A DNA stretch of 64,000 nt, from assembly GCF_009914755.1 (NCBI RefSeq), contig NC_060936.1. One strand, written 5' to 3'. Positions 1 through 29,113 of the stretch are shown one piece after another. The position numbers and the translations under genes are program-made. The notes beneath the pieces were generated by a model, which searched no databases, had not been told where the DNA came from, and saw only the letters and a list, made by a program, of their open reading frames with translations. This DNA comes from the human T2T-CHM13v2.0 reference genome, Homo sapiens. Every line of letters starts with the position of its first letter. Within the stretch, counting starts at the first letter, position 1.

Positions 1-2819
1 TGAATGTGTGGGAGAAATTTCTCATATTCCAACTAGGAATAAAAATAGAAGTGGAGATGGATAAAGATTAGAAATGCAAATCATAGTAAAAAACAATTCC
101 TAAAAGATAAACTGTATTTTGGAAGGTGGAAGAGAAAAATGGAGTGGGGGGTAAAATAGTCTTATAAACTCCTAAAGGATATTTTCAAACATCCTTCCAT
201 GAAAGAGAAAGGTATACAAAAGAATACGAACGAGGGAAGATGAGAGAGGAACTACAATTTGAATATGCCTGCAAGTGACTTCAGAACTGTAACCAAATTT
301 CAAATTTTTATCTTGGAAATAAACTGAAATGTCAGGACAATCTGTCAGGCTCGCGTTGAAATAAAATGTTAACGTGCTAGACTGAATCTGGTAATCGGAA
401 AACCATGCTTAAAACTCAGAGGGTAGCTAGGTAACATCTCTCCTACTCTCTTAGGACTCACTGTGGGGTTAGAAACCAGTATTTCTCGTTGTCTAATCAG
501 TAATTCCACAACTAATCGGTGTTTAAAATTGTGGGGTGCCCCATAAAATAGAAGGGGTTTCTTGGTCATCTTTCAGTGTGATAGAAACATGGTCTAACTA
601 GGAAGGAAAATGATGCTACAGCACTACTGTAATGGAACAGAGCCTATACGTACATACATGTACATGGATTTATATCACATTTAGCCAGGATAAATTGCTT
701 CAATAAATTCTGTTCCTAGGAGAGGCCAGCTCAAGCTGATGATTGGGTACTGGGAAATGAGAGCTTCATTCTTCTTCACACAGCCCCAGGATGAGGGGGG
801 TTTTCTGGTTGGTTGGTTTGTTTTAAATACATGATTTTTTTAGCACTTTCGGGAACTACAACATGCTACAAAAAATAAATGCAAGTAAACAAAAGTAAAT
901 AAATGCAATGACCAGGACCATTAAGGCTGAAAACTTAGAGCATGTCTGGAAAGCAATTCATCTCTGCAAAAATTCCTAACTCCTGTGCTAGAGAAAATTT
1001 CACTACATGTCCCAGAATCTGCTTTCCTAATATAATCACAAAATGAGAATTTTATTTCAACGAGGTCCTCTAATATATTTTCAACCAGGAAGTAAACTAC
1101 AAGGGCTAGAGTAGACACAACACAAGGATCAGGCAGGATTCCTTACTTTTATCTTGATTCTGTTATTTGATGCTAAATTTTCTCATTTTTCTACCTATTT
1201 AGAGGAGGGAAAGAGTTCTTGCTGAGAAGTGGGACAGTATTGGCATAGGAAGTGGTGAAATAAATTCTGGAATGGCTTCCCTCAAACCACAAAATTCAAA
1301 ATGTAACTTGCCTTTGCACAATCACATCACACTATATGGCTTCCAAATTTTATTTAGTGGCACACTTACTAGAAAATAGAGATGAAAAATCATGACTTTC
1401 TGAAAGAAAAAAAAACAAAAACAAAAAAATTTGGGGGGAAAAAGCATTAAAATCTAACAGAAGTAAGTATTTTCATTGCTCTTAAATATTCAACTGACAG
1501 CCACTAACTAGGATTTCCTGCTTCCTTCTAAATTTGCTGGCCTTTGTTTTACCATTTTCACCAAAGGGAGATCACAATGAGAGGAAGAAGCCTCTCTTCT
1601 TAAACACCCACAATTATTCTTAAATCTTTCCCTCAATCTCTTGCCTCTTGTCGTTTCCATTATTCTTGTTTAAAATTTTTTTCACTCTAAAGTGATTTTT
1701 AAAATTTAAGTATTTAACAAAAATAAGAATGATCTGTCTCCCCATTAAAAAAAAAAACACAGCTAACACCTTTTTTAAAAAAATTTCTCCTTCACTCCTG
1801 GTCTGCTGCATCAATTGCTACATATAAAGAATGTCATTTTGCTGATTTCTATCTAACACTTAAAACAAATCTTTAATTATCAGTGAGGTCTCACTGATGC
1901 CATCTCAAAAACAAAAAGCAACACATTTCTGTAGTGTAAACAGACTGAGACATAAAGGGAAATCTTGAAAAACAATGCTGCCACTCACTAGAATTTAACT
2001 CACAGCTCATTTATAACCATACTGCTTGACAAGCAGATCATGTGTCTGGGCATGGCACTCAGTGTGTCATCTCCTTCCCAACCTATTCTTCAGGATGAAA
2101 CATAAGCATTTTATAGAACTAAACAATAAATGACAGAAGAGGGATACACACATTAAGAAGCACTGACAAGGAGAAGTGGGATGCTTTCAGCAAACATCTT
2201 AGAACAGGGAAGACAAAGATGCATAAAAAAGCTGTCCTAGAGGCCAACATCTGCAGAAAAGGCTCAGGTACTCAGTCACCAGAATTTTTTAAATGATTAA
2301 AAAAACTTAATACTTACTCAAAAGAGAAAGTTACGTAAATGCTGGGAGAGAACTGAAGAAAACCCAAGATTTAGAGAATGATTTTTAATAACTGAGATAA
2401 TTTCATAAAATCTCAGAGGTAGATCCTAAAATGGTCACTGTGTAAGAAAACAGATTATTTATGTATATCTAGATATATGTCTATATCTATATATTTTAAT
2501 AGACTAAGCATGGAGTCTGTCACTGAGGACTACAAAGTAAATTCTCTAAACCTCGTGTGATATTACCATTACAATATAATTTAATAAGAAAAAAGAATGC
2601 AGATATGGTGTGATGTGATCTTTTCTCTAGTAACCAACTGATGTTAATAAGATGGCCCAACTCTAAGCAAGGAATAAAAGCCACATACAAACACATCCAG
2701 GGGCCTGTTATCAGGTTCCTAATGACAAAAAGCAGATACTGCTAGGTACAAAAAAATTAGAAGGATAATGCACTGTAAGTATCAAAGAGTCATAAAAATC
2801 TAGAAGATGTTAAGATTAG

Positions 2820-2930
2820 CTATCATTCATTCATTCATTAATTCATTCAGAAACCACTAATAAGGAACTACCAAGTGCTAGGCAAAGTGGATATAAAAAC
2901 AAAAAGACAATAGGCCTTTACACAAAAATA
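2820..2930 (-). mobile_element. L2 LINE 3' end fragment
   Basis: (TCAT)n tail followed by a ...ctaccaagtgctaggca motif typical of the L2 3' end. Confidence 0.6.
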
Positions 2931-3085
2931 ATATTTTACTCATCTGTCATGAAAGAAATCATCATCATTAAGAATGATGGCTTAATTTACAAGTTCAATT
3001 AGTCAGAGGTTGATCAGTATACATATCATTTAGACGCTATGTATATGGTCATTTATCAAATTATTTTGCTAGCAACTCCAGATTA

Positions 3086-3434
<349 letters not shown>

Positions 3435-3504
3435 TTAAGAAGGAAGAAGTTTGAAATTAATAACCGTAATTTGCTTTTTGGATTATACACATTTAGTGAG
3501 TTTT

Positions 3505-3740
3505 AAAATTCATTAATTCACCAAATAATTTACTCAGTGCCTAAGCACAGTGCCATATGCCCTAGGCCCAAGTAATTCAAGAGTAAATGAGACAGACATG
3601 ATTTCTGCCCTCATAGAGCTTATTTACATTCTAAAAGGAAGAAACAAGTAATAAGCAAGTAAGCTAAATAATTTTAGATTAACAGCAGATAACTGCTATT
3701 AAAGGAAAATGAAATTGTGATGTGTTAGTGACTGGGTGAG
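3505..3740 (-). mobile_element. L2 LINE fragment
   Basis: attcattaattcaccaaataatttactcagtgcc... and ctgccctcatagagctt...acattcta, L2 3' end motifs. Confidence 0.65.
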
Positions 3741-4272
3741 GGTTATTTCAGTTTTCTGACTAGAAAGGGGATGGCTGCATTATCTGTAATCAAAAGAGGT
3801 ATGGGGTAGAATATAGAGATCTAGATTAAAACTTCAGGAAGCCTTTCTTCTCACAACACAGTAGATATTCAATAAATATTCACTGATTTAATATTTAATA
3901 AATATTTAAAGTCTATATTAAGTTTGCACTTAACTTCAGGTTTCTGCAGAAAGCTGCTGGATCCACAAAATATTTGCTATGCAGGTATTTATGTATTTAA
4001 GGCTACACATATTTTAAATCCATATTTATGACTATGTTATGCCTAAGGCACTTTATATGACCACAGCCAACCAAGTCTATGCTTTTGTCACCCAAATAAC
4101 ATGAAGCTCTGTAGTTTTTGGTTACACTGCTAAAAATGGAAAGAAGGGAATAGTTTGTCAGGTTAACCCCTAATCAAACCTTAAAAACAAAACCTCACCT
4201 GAGCTATTAAGATATATATATATATATTCAAGTACAAGAGAATGCCAATAGAGTATGCAGCAGAAAGGACAC

Positions 4273-4569
<297 letters not shown>

Positions 4570-4576
4570 TGGCACG

Positions 4577-5333
4577 TTTTTTTTTAAATTTTAATATTAT
4601 TATACTTTAAGTTTTAGGGTACATGTGCACAACGTGCAGGTTTGTTACATATGTATACATGTGCCATGTTGGTGTGCTGCACCCATTAACTTGTCATTTA
4701 CATTAGGTATATCTCCTAATGCTATCCCTCCCCCCTCCCCCCACCCCACAACAGTCCCCAGTGTGTGATGTTCCCCTTCCTGTGTCCATGTGTTCTCATT
4801 GTTCAATTCCCACCTATAAGTGAGAACATGCGGTGTTTGGTTTTTTGTCTTTGCGATAGTTTGCTGAGAATGATGGTTTCCAGTTTCATCCATGTCCCTA
4901 CAAAGGACATGAACTCATCATTTTTATGGCTGCATAGTATTCCATGGTGTATATGTGCCAAATTTTCTTAATCCAGTCTATCGTTGATGGACATTTAGGT
5001 TGGTTCCAAGTCTTTGCTATTGTGAATAGTGCCGCTATAAACATACGTGTGCATGTGTCTTTATAGCAGCATGATTTATAATCCTTTGGGTATATATCCA
5101 GTAATGGGATGGCTGGGTCAAATGGTATTTCTAGTTCTAGATCCCTGAGGAATGGCCACACTGACTTCCACAATGGTTGAACTAGTTTACAGTCCCACCA
5201 ACAGTGTAAAAGTGTTCCTATTTCTCCACATCCTTTCCAGCACCTGTTGTTTCCTAACTTTTTAATGATTGCCATTCTAACTGGTGTGAGATGGTACCTC
5301 ATTGTGGTTTTGATTTGCATTTCTCTGATGGCC
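4577..5333 (-). mobile_element. 5'-truncated L1PA (young primate L1): ORF2 C-terminus plus 3'UTR
   Basis: ORF 4898..5320 translates as the ORF2p C-terminus ([21 protein letters not shown]...[12 protein letters not shown]); G-rich 3'UTR; TSD tggcctggcac at 4565-4575 and 5329-5339. Confidence 0.95.
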
Positions 5334-5344
5334 TGGCACTTTTA

Positions 5345-5900
5345 TATAGTACTTTTGGGAGTACATATTTAGACGATCTTTCTGGAAGTCAATTTGGCAA
5401 TATTTATATTAAATGTCTTAAAATGTTTTATATCCTTTGAACATTTCATTCTTCTTTCAGTCTCTCTATTCTAAAGATAAAACCAGACATGTGGACCATT
5501 TTTGCATTGAGCGTTTAACCACAGTCATCTTTATGACCAAAAAAGAACAGGAATTTAAACAAGAATGGATAAATATAAATTAAGGTACTGCCTTATAATA
5601 AACTATCTTTAAGTTATAAAAGAATAACATTTTGAAAACTAAAAATATGAGAAAATGCCGTATGTTAAATGGGAAAAAAAAACAGAATATAAAATTGTAC
5701 ATGCACCATAATTGTAAATCTACAGAAAAGCAAACAAAATAATAAGCATAGAAAAGATAAGGGAATTAACATCAAAATGTTGATAATGGTTATCTCTGGA
5801 TAATGGCATCCTAGGTGATTCTATTTTCTTCCTTGTACTTTTAGTATTTTTCAAAGTCTCTACAATAATCACAGATTGCTTTTAGTAAATCAAAAAATTA
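5345..5900 (+). mobile_element. Old L1M(E) 3' fragment
   Basis: Degenerate L1ME-like motifs (ctttctggaagtcaatttggcaata...; tggttatctctgga...). Confidence 0.55.
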
Positions 5901-5959
5901 TAATGTAATCTAATAAGAAAAAAGAATGCAGATATGCATGATTGAAAAAAGTCTGAGTT

Positions 5960-10605
<4,646 letters not shown>

Positions 10606-10637
10606 CAGCTGCATTTTTCAAGGTTGGTGCTCTAAGA

Positions 10638-11929
<1,292 letters not shown>

Positions 11930-12787
11930 CTTTAAGAAATACACAAGCAGTAGAGGGCCCTAGATTGATCAAACAGAAGGCTGAAATTAATTTCTGGATT
12001 TCAAGCTCAGACATGCAGAAACTGGCTTCAAAGAAAGGAGCCAGCTTAAATAGACCAAATAGTTTTGCAGCAAATGACTGAAAACAGATGAGAGTGAGAA
12101 TTAGGCTGAATCATAAGTTAGGCAACACATAGCCAAAGCTTAGGAACCTACCTGGAAGCAGCTTCATACAGGCAACTACTTGAAGTTTTTTTTTAAGGCT
12201 TTCTAGGCTTTCAGAGGATTCCAGGACTATTTTGAGCTATCCCCAGAAAGGTTAATAAAGCAAAAACAAAGAAGCAACAACTTGCTAAAGTGACAGCAGG
12301 AAGCAAAGTTAGAAATAACTGGAGAACATTGTATTTATCTATGTTTGGCCTCAGTGTGCATTTTAGAAGTTGAAAAACTCCTGGAAACCAATAGGATGCT
12401 GAACAAAAACTAAACAAAAAATTTTAGTTTGTTCTGCCATTTTCAGATAAAGTATGATCCTCAAAACAATAAACCAAAAGTAATCAACCCCAAAACACTG
12501 ATCTTTTAAAATTACCTTTTAATTTAAAGGACCAATTTAAAATCTTAAACAGGCTGCAAAGAACAAAAAACCTGACAGGCTTTAATATTAAAGTATAAGA
12601 TTGGTTCTGGATAGGAAATAGCTGCACTATCCCACAATGACAATCACTGAGACACTTAGAAGTTCTCAGGAAAAAATATTTATTTCCTAAGTCTGTCCAC
12701 ATATTTTCAACAGTGATCTATTTGGGGTTATTCCAATGCTCGCCAATTCACTCTCACCAGTCCTAAACATGTAAGTGTAAAGTATTA

Positions 12788-15701
<2,914 letters not shown>

Positions 15702-16812
15702 AGACTACTATACTAACTCACCTTTGCTTTGGTTGGGAACCTTCGTTAAATGTTTGCCTACAAAATTTTAAAAGCTTATCTTTTTATACAAGTTTATCTT
15801 TTCATACAACCTTTCCTGAATTGTAACACTCATCCTTCATTTCCTAGGAAGTGATATAGCAAATACTTTCAAAATTGAATTGAATCTTGCCTCATTGTAA
15901 ACAGGCAGTCAGTCCATTATACAGAAGACCAAAAAAAAAAAAAAAAGTTTTTAAACAAAAGGACAAACAAGAGAAAGGAAGGAAACAAAATACTATGATT
16001 TAACAGGAACAAAACCCAACATTCTTTCAACACAAAGTGTCCACAAGGGAAATGTCGAAGAGAAAATGTCATGATAAAATATTTTTAAGATATAAAATGA
16101 CTCCAATGCAAAATATTTGTTGTTGTTGATTTTTGTTTTGTTTTTAGCTCAAAGGAGTTATTATTTCTCGTCATTTATGTTCCTTACTTGTGTTTATCCA
16201 TTCCCACTGGGTCGACAGAAACATTTCAATTTTATTTTCTTTACAGTCTATTTTTCTTCCTGATTCTTCAAGAGTAAGTTCCTTGATCTTAACTTCTATT
16301 TATGAAAGTTCTGGCCTGAAAAGAACCTTGAGGGGTTATCGAGTCCATCCTTCTGCTTTCCAGGAGAATTCATAACTAATGCTATCAGATGGATGAGAAG
16401 GTATCAAAAGAAAATGCATTGTTTCCCTGCCTAGTAGCATGCTAATTTAATATGCACATTCATTCACGATTTGCAATTTTTTAAAAACGAAAGTAAAAAT
16501 TAAAATGCCAAAAGAGGAAGGTACTTAAAAAATGCATTTATCAGCTAAAATTGCTCAAACATAAATTCAACTGTCAGGTCTAAAATTAACAAGCAGGAAA
16601 AGTTGCTGCCTGCCAATGTAAAGTCTTTAGTCCCTAGAGATGTCTTCTGAAGTTGTATCTCATTTGTAGCACCCTTCACCTACAACACTTAGACCTGGCA
16701 AACTTAGACCATCCTTGCCAATAAACTACAATTATAAATGGCAATTTTGTGTGTGTGTGTGTGTGTTTATAGTTGGTATAGGTTTTTATTCCAAACAGAA
16801 AATGAAAAGTTA

Positions 16813-18864
<2,052 letters not shown>

Positions 18865-18999
18865 CTATGAAGAAATATGGTTAATTTTCTATAATTATTT
18901 GAAAATGAAAAAAAAAACAGGACTAGAAGTCTTGGAAATGGGAAAATTATAATTTTTTAAAATGTGGGGCAAGGGAGGTCGAGTACAGAAATCGTAGAC

Positions 19000-21260
<2,261 letters not shown>

Positions 21261-24200
21261 AAGACCAACCGTCTTTTAACACATCATACCAACTCTGATG
21301 TGTTTTCACATATCATAAATTTATTTGATCCCTCCTAAAAAAACCTTAGGGGAAGGCAACATGTCAAAATGAGTAAATGTCAGAGAAGCTTAAAAATTAT
21401 TTTCTTTGACATATTTTTAAAGAGACAGAAGACTTTTTCATGAACTCCAAAATCGTAGGACCATTTTCTGAGAAACCAACAACAAAAGAAATGAATGCTT
21501 TTTCCTTTTAAATGAATGCTGCATTTGTTTTTCTCAAAGAAACACCTGTACCTTAACTTTAGTACTTTTATTAAGGGATAAGGGACAATTATATACCAGT
21601 ATGCTAACTAGTCTCAAGAAAAGAGCTAGCTTTATTAGACATTTACGTGGAGTTCTATCTGTTCCACCTAAAACTTCCTTGCAAGGAGAAGGCTCCTCCT
21701 TATCAGACGTGGATAGGAGGCTGCTGTAACACTAACTCCCTCCCACTGTAGCCTAGGAAAAACTCGGTCTTGACATGCACAAAACAATAACTTCTGAGAA
21801 CTTCAGAGCAGCTGTGTTCAGACAGAGCCAGTGACTTTACTCCAGGCAAAGAAGTAGTTTAAGAGTTGGTTGAAAAAACAATTTTCATTTTGGGTTGGAA
21901 ATGAGGAAAGGAAAGAGAACAAGATACAGTAAGTAGAGCTATTAACATTTTAAAACCGTGGTAAACAAACGTGTTTAAAAATTACAACACTGAAACTACC
22001 ACAGGGTGTAAACTTTGATCCACAAGTTGAAAGATGAGCAGTGTTATCACTCTAGCTTTCTGCTAGATGGTAGCACTAGTGAGAAAAAAAAAATCTTGGG
22101 TTTAATAGTGCCCTAGTCAAAGCAATCACCAATTCTAGGGCAGAAGACCAAAACAAGGGACTCTGCTCTCTCACTGGGTAATTTTCTGTACTGCTGCCAG
22201 GCAAACTGGAAATGTTCTGAATGTCCAATAGCAATGCACTTACTGTGAAATACTAGAACCCAGCTCAGTAGTTAATGCTAACGGGTCAGCAATGAATTGG
22301 TCTCAATGTGCTATAGGGGCAACTTCTTGGCCAGGGAGAAAGGCTTCAGCTGATTGCAGAAAACCAAAGGTTAATACAACTACGTACTCTGGTTTCTCTT
22401 CATGTAATAGCTTTACTGATATTTCAGACATTATTTCCCTTCTCAAAAGTAAAAGGAGAAGAGAAGGAATGTAAAAGCAAAATCTACGCAAGAGCAAAGA
22501 AGTTATTAATTGGCTATATTAGTCCAATTCGTTATTAAATGATACACAACTATCAAACAAAGGGCAAAGCCCTGTCCCTTTTCTGTACAGAATTAAGAAC
22601 TGGTAAGACTACTTAGCAGAGCTTGCAAACTTTTCTTTAGCTTCTTTTCTTACAGACATGTTACATTTCGCAAGAGCCTCCACTTACCTTACAACTTCCA
22701 TGTGTAAGTACAAATTGTGTTTGATTTCCCCAGCCCTTGGCCTAAGATATTATGACATAGCTTTAGTTTCTGAGTCTGGACACAAAGGAAAAAACTGAAC
22801 ATTTTTCACTTTCCTGAAATAACATGTCTATTTTATTTACACTATTTAAAAACACATTATGTAAGTTAACTAAAACAAACTGCAACCACCCATTCGACAA
22901 CTCTTCGAGAATGACTGGGGAAGCCACATTTAACAAAACAAACTTCATTTTAGTATATTTCTGCTTAGAATGCCCATAAAGACTGATATCGCTACAAGAA
23001 TTACACTACTGCAAAATTTTTAAACACAGGACTCATGTGAGCTTGCTGAGAAAACTCTGCACAACCCCTACACACCTGTACTTAATATGACATGACCCTC
23101 AGAGATACTAAAACACCCTCTGTTAAGCAGAAAACAAACTTTTAAAGTTAGGAAAGTAGCAACGCGGGAATCTGGGTAGGAGGTGCCCTGGGTTGTAAAC
23201 ACCCCAGTCAGAGAACATAACAAGCAATTCAGAGCAACATATTAAGTCCCTATGGGGCTCCAACTTGGACTGCTTAAGTCCCAAGACCACATCCTGGTGT
23301 CTGGGAAGAGTTTGGGTAATAGAAGAGAGGGAGAAGGAAAATCAGAGAAGCGATGAAAGCGTTCTATTTTTCTCCTTCTCAACCCCCATCCCAGCATCTT
23401 GGAGGCTGGTCACCAGTCTGGGTGCCATATCCACCAGAAGCCCTAAATCAATATCCCAACCACCTGATACCTAGGCTAAAGACATGTGTATATCAGCCAT
23501 CTCCTTCCCAAACACCTCTTATCGCTCTCAAGGCTCATATCCTTCCAGAAGCCATGCCTTATGGCGACTCAGCTCACCCATACTGTCCTCTTAAATTAAT
23601 TCACTTAATTTTCTCCAAATCCATACTTTCTCTCTGATATCATGTCCCTGATGTTCTTTTAATTAATTCAATCAAAATGCCATGACCCTCATTTCCAATA
23701 ATCCACCCCATCTATCTTTTCTGCCAAACCCAACGGGGTGTTGTGTCACCAGATCAAGATCTTTGTTCTCATCTACTCATTCCTACCTCCTTCCTATTAC
23801 CCTTTTCCAATTCCAAGCTCCTAATCCCACTCTTTGGGAAGCCCTGGGTTTCTAACTTAGTTTAGTATCCCTCCTCTTTCTCCCATTCCACCCCATCCCA
23901 TGATCCTTCCATTAGGCTCCACTAGACTACCCTTCCCTCAGGATTCAATTCCCCTCTCCTTGCCACGCCCTGTGCCCCCCGGGGCTACTTACACCAAGTT
24001 CTCCCCACACTTCAAGCCTCTGGCCCCGCCTTCCCCCCAAAGGAAGGAGGCGGGAGTAGGGAGAGAAGGGCGGCGCTCGGCAACGTAAAAGCGATCTCCC
24101 ATTAGCGCTCATCGCCGCCAATCGAGGCTTCCTTCTCTCCCATTGGTCGGCTTTGGCCTATGCCCCACCCTCTTCCTCAGACAGGGCCCGGCCACCGCCT

Positions 24201-24320
24201 CAGCGCCCCCGTCCAACACAGACTGGGAGGGGAGACCCCAGCCTGGAACGCTGGGACTGGCCAGAGTTGAAAGGGAGACTCCCGTCAGATCATGGACTAG
24301 CTAATGTTAAAAGGACTTAC

Positions 24321-24451
24321 CGGCTGGTAGCTCCGTTGCCTCCCGCCTGCCCGCGCTCGGTCCTACAATCTGTCTCCAGCTCCTCCTTTCCCCCCTTGGC
24401 GGAACGGATACTTTCCTCCCGTCCGGCCAGGCGCGCTCAACTCTCGCGAGA
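24321..24451 (-). other. ATF7: ATF7 non-coding exon 1 (5'UTR); TSS approximate
   Basis: Minus strand reads ...GGAGCTGGAGACAGATTGTAGGACCGAGCGCGGGCAGGCGGGAGGCAACGGAGCTACCAGCCG|GTAAGT, which I recognise as the ATF7 mRNA leader; no ATG in the exon; the position ~39 kb downstream of ATP5MC2 matches the known gene order. Confidence 0.82.
24442..24451. promoter_or_regulatory. CGCG element (TCTCGCGAGA palindrome; BANP / ZBTB33-associated motif)
   Basis: Perfect 10-bp palindrome at the presumed TSS of the CpG island. Confidence 0.85.
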
Positions 24452-24819
24452 AGTCATGGGGCCGCGGGGGAAGGGCGAGATCCGTGGGGGCTGAGTTGGA
24501 AAGCGGCCGAGAGGCGGGGGCTCCGGGAAAAGAAGGGGCCGGGCTTACTGTGGGCAGGGCTGGGGAGGGAGACTGAGCGAGTACTGTCCACACAGGTCAC
24601 ACGTGTTCGGCTGCAGAATCTAGCGGGAGAAAGAAAGGAAAAAGGAGAGAGGATCTTTACAGGTGCCTGTAGTGGTGGTTACTACTATCTTTCAGAGTCA
24701 TCGCTTCCTTAACGGCAAAGTAATTTAAAATACCCTTAGCGCTAGAAATAAAGTCCATGTACGGACAAAGCAATCCACCTGCACAGCAATTCTAACACTA
24801 CCATTTTACTAGCCCTATT

Positions 24820-25300
24820 GCCTTGGGTGAAAACCTTCTCTGAGTCTCTGTACAATGGGACTAACAATCTCATTTTATTCAAATAGTTGTAATGATCAAA
24901 TGAGATACATGAAACTGCTTGGGGATTTTTTAAAATCACTATATTATTCAGCAAATATTTTCACAAAACGTAGGGCATACTACATGCAAAGCATTGTTCT
25001 GCAGTCGAATGCTCTATCCCTGAGCTATACCCCCCGTGCAAAGCATTGTTCTAAGCATGGGGTTAAGGAGTTACCAACCCAGGTAGAATTTATATTTGAG
25101 TGAGGAAGGGGAGACAGTTAAAAAGCCAATAAACACAAATATTTCAAATAGTGAAAAGCGCTTCAGGATAGTGAGACAGAAGGTGACTAGGAGTGGGGAA
25201 GAAGCTTTACTCCTAGTGTTTGAGAGAAGACCTCTTTGAGGAAGTAACACACCAGGAGTTGAATTATGACCTGGGAAGATTTCGGGGGAAATATCAAATG
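24820..25300. mobile_element. MIR fragment (~24820-24925) and L2 fragment (~24945-25300)
   Basis: ctctgagtctctgtacaatgggactaaca...gttgtaatgatcaaatgagat (MIR core); tattcagcaaatattt...aagcattgttctaagc (L2). Confidence 0.6.
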
Positions 25301-25374
25301 CAAAGTCTATAGTCTTACATTTATATGTCTTGTTCAAGACAAACCAGGAAAAGAAAAAAGAAAAACAAAAAACA

Positions 25375-27222
<1,848 letters not shown>

Positions 27223-27344
27223 CTCTTTATTGTTGAGTTATAAGAATTCTTTATATATTCTAGATACTAGATGCTTATCAGATATATGATTTGCAGATAT
27301 TTTATCTCATTCTGCAGGTTAGTTGTCTTTTCACTTTCTGATAG

Positions 27345-27645
<301 letters not shown>

Positions 27646-28936
27646 CTGAAGCTCAAAAGTTTTATATTTTGATAAAGTCCAATTTATCTTGTTTGTGCTG
27701 TTGGTGTCATATCTATATCTAATAAACCATTGCCTAATACAGTATCATAAAGATTTACACGTGTGCTTTCTTCTAAGAATTTTGTTGTTTTTAGCTCCTA
27801 CATTTAGGTCTTTGATTCATTATGAGATAATTTTGTATATGGTATGAGGTAGAGGTCCAATTTCGTTCTTTTCCATGCACAATTGTCCCAGCACCATTTG
27901 TTGGAAAAGATATTATTTCCCTCATTCAATCCTCTTGGCACCCTTGCCAAAACTCATTGGACCTTAAATATATTGGTTTACTTCTGGACTTTCAATGTTA
28001 TTTCGTTCTTCTATATGTCTGTCCTTATGCCAGTATCAAAAGGCTTGATAATTTTAGCTTTGTAGTAAGTTTTGAAATTAGGAAGTATGAATCCTCCAAT
28101 TTCGTTCTCTTTTTTCGAGATTGCTTTGGATATACTGGGTCCCTTACATTGCCACATGAATTTTAGGGTCAGCTTGTCAATTTCCACAAAAAAGCCATCT
28201 AGGATTTTAATAGGAATTCCCTTGAATCTGTAGATCAAGGAGTATTGCCATCTTAACAATATCGTATTCCAATCCACGGACATCGAATGTCTTAACATTT
28301 ATTTAAAGCTTCTTAATGTCTTTCAACTGTATTTTTTGTAGGTTTACTTTGTTTTTTATTTTGTATTTTTTTGATTTTTAAATTTTTTTAGAGACGGGAT
28401 TTCACCATGTTGCCCAGGCTGGTCTCAAACTCCTGGGCAACATGGTGAAACCCCATCTCTAATGGGGTTAGATCCACCCACCTTGGCCTCCCAAAGTGCT
28501 GGGATTACAGGTGTGAGCCACCTCACCTGGACTTATTTTGTTTTTTAAGTTAGAGACAGGGTCCCGCTTTGTTGCCTAGGCTGGTGTCAAACTCTTGGTC
28601 TCAAGCAGTTCTCCCACCTTGGCCTCCCAACGTGATAGGGTTACAGGCATAAGCCACTGTGCCAAGCTGTGTTTTGTGGTTTTCATTGTACAAATCTTGT
28701 GTTTCTCTTGTTAAACTTACTCATATTTTTTATTTTCTTTTTTGAGACGGGTCTCACTTTGTCACTTAGGCTAGAGTGGTGCAATCATAGCTCACTGTAA
28801 CCTCCAACTTCTGGGCTCAAATGATCCTCCCACCTCAGCATCCTGAGTAGCTAGGACTACAGGTGCATGCCACCATGCCTGGCTAATTTTTTTTTTTTTT
28901 TTTTTGCTCTCCTGCCTTGGCCTCTCAAGGTGCTAG

Positions 28937-29113
<177 letters not shown>

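Larger units (their letters stand above)
23960..24630. promoter_or_regulatory. ATF7: CpG-island promoter of ATF7
   Basis: The only CpG-dense non-Alu stretch in the window; GC boxes (ccccgcc ~24024, gggcgg ~24068), CCAAT boxes (~24118, ~24143), CGCG element at 24442, E-box CACGTG at 24600-24605; no TATA box. Confidence 0.9.

Noticed and set aside
24153-24593. ORFs over the CpG island (113 aa on +, 76 aa on -)
   Set aside because: Stop-poor GC-rich sequence with non-ATG starts, Pro/Arg/Gly-rich and without recognisable domains
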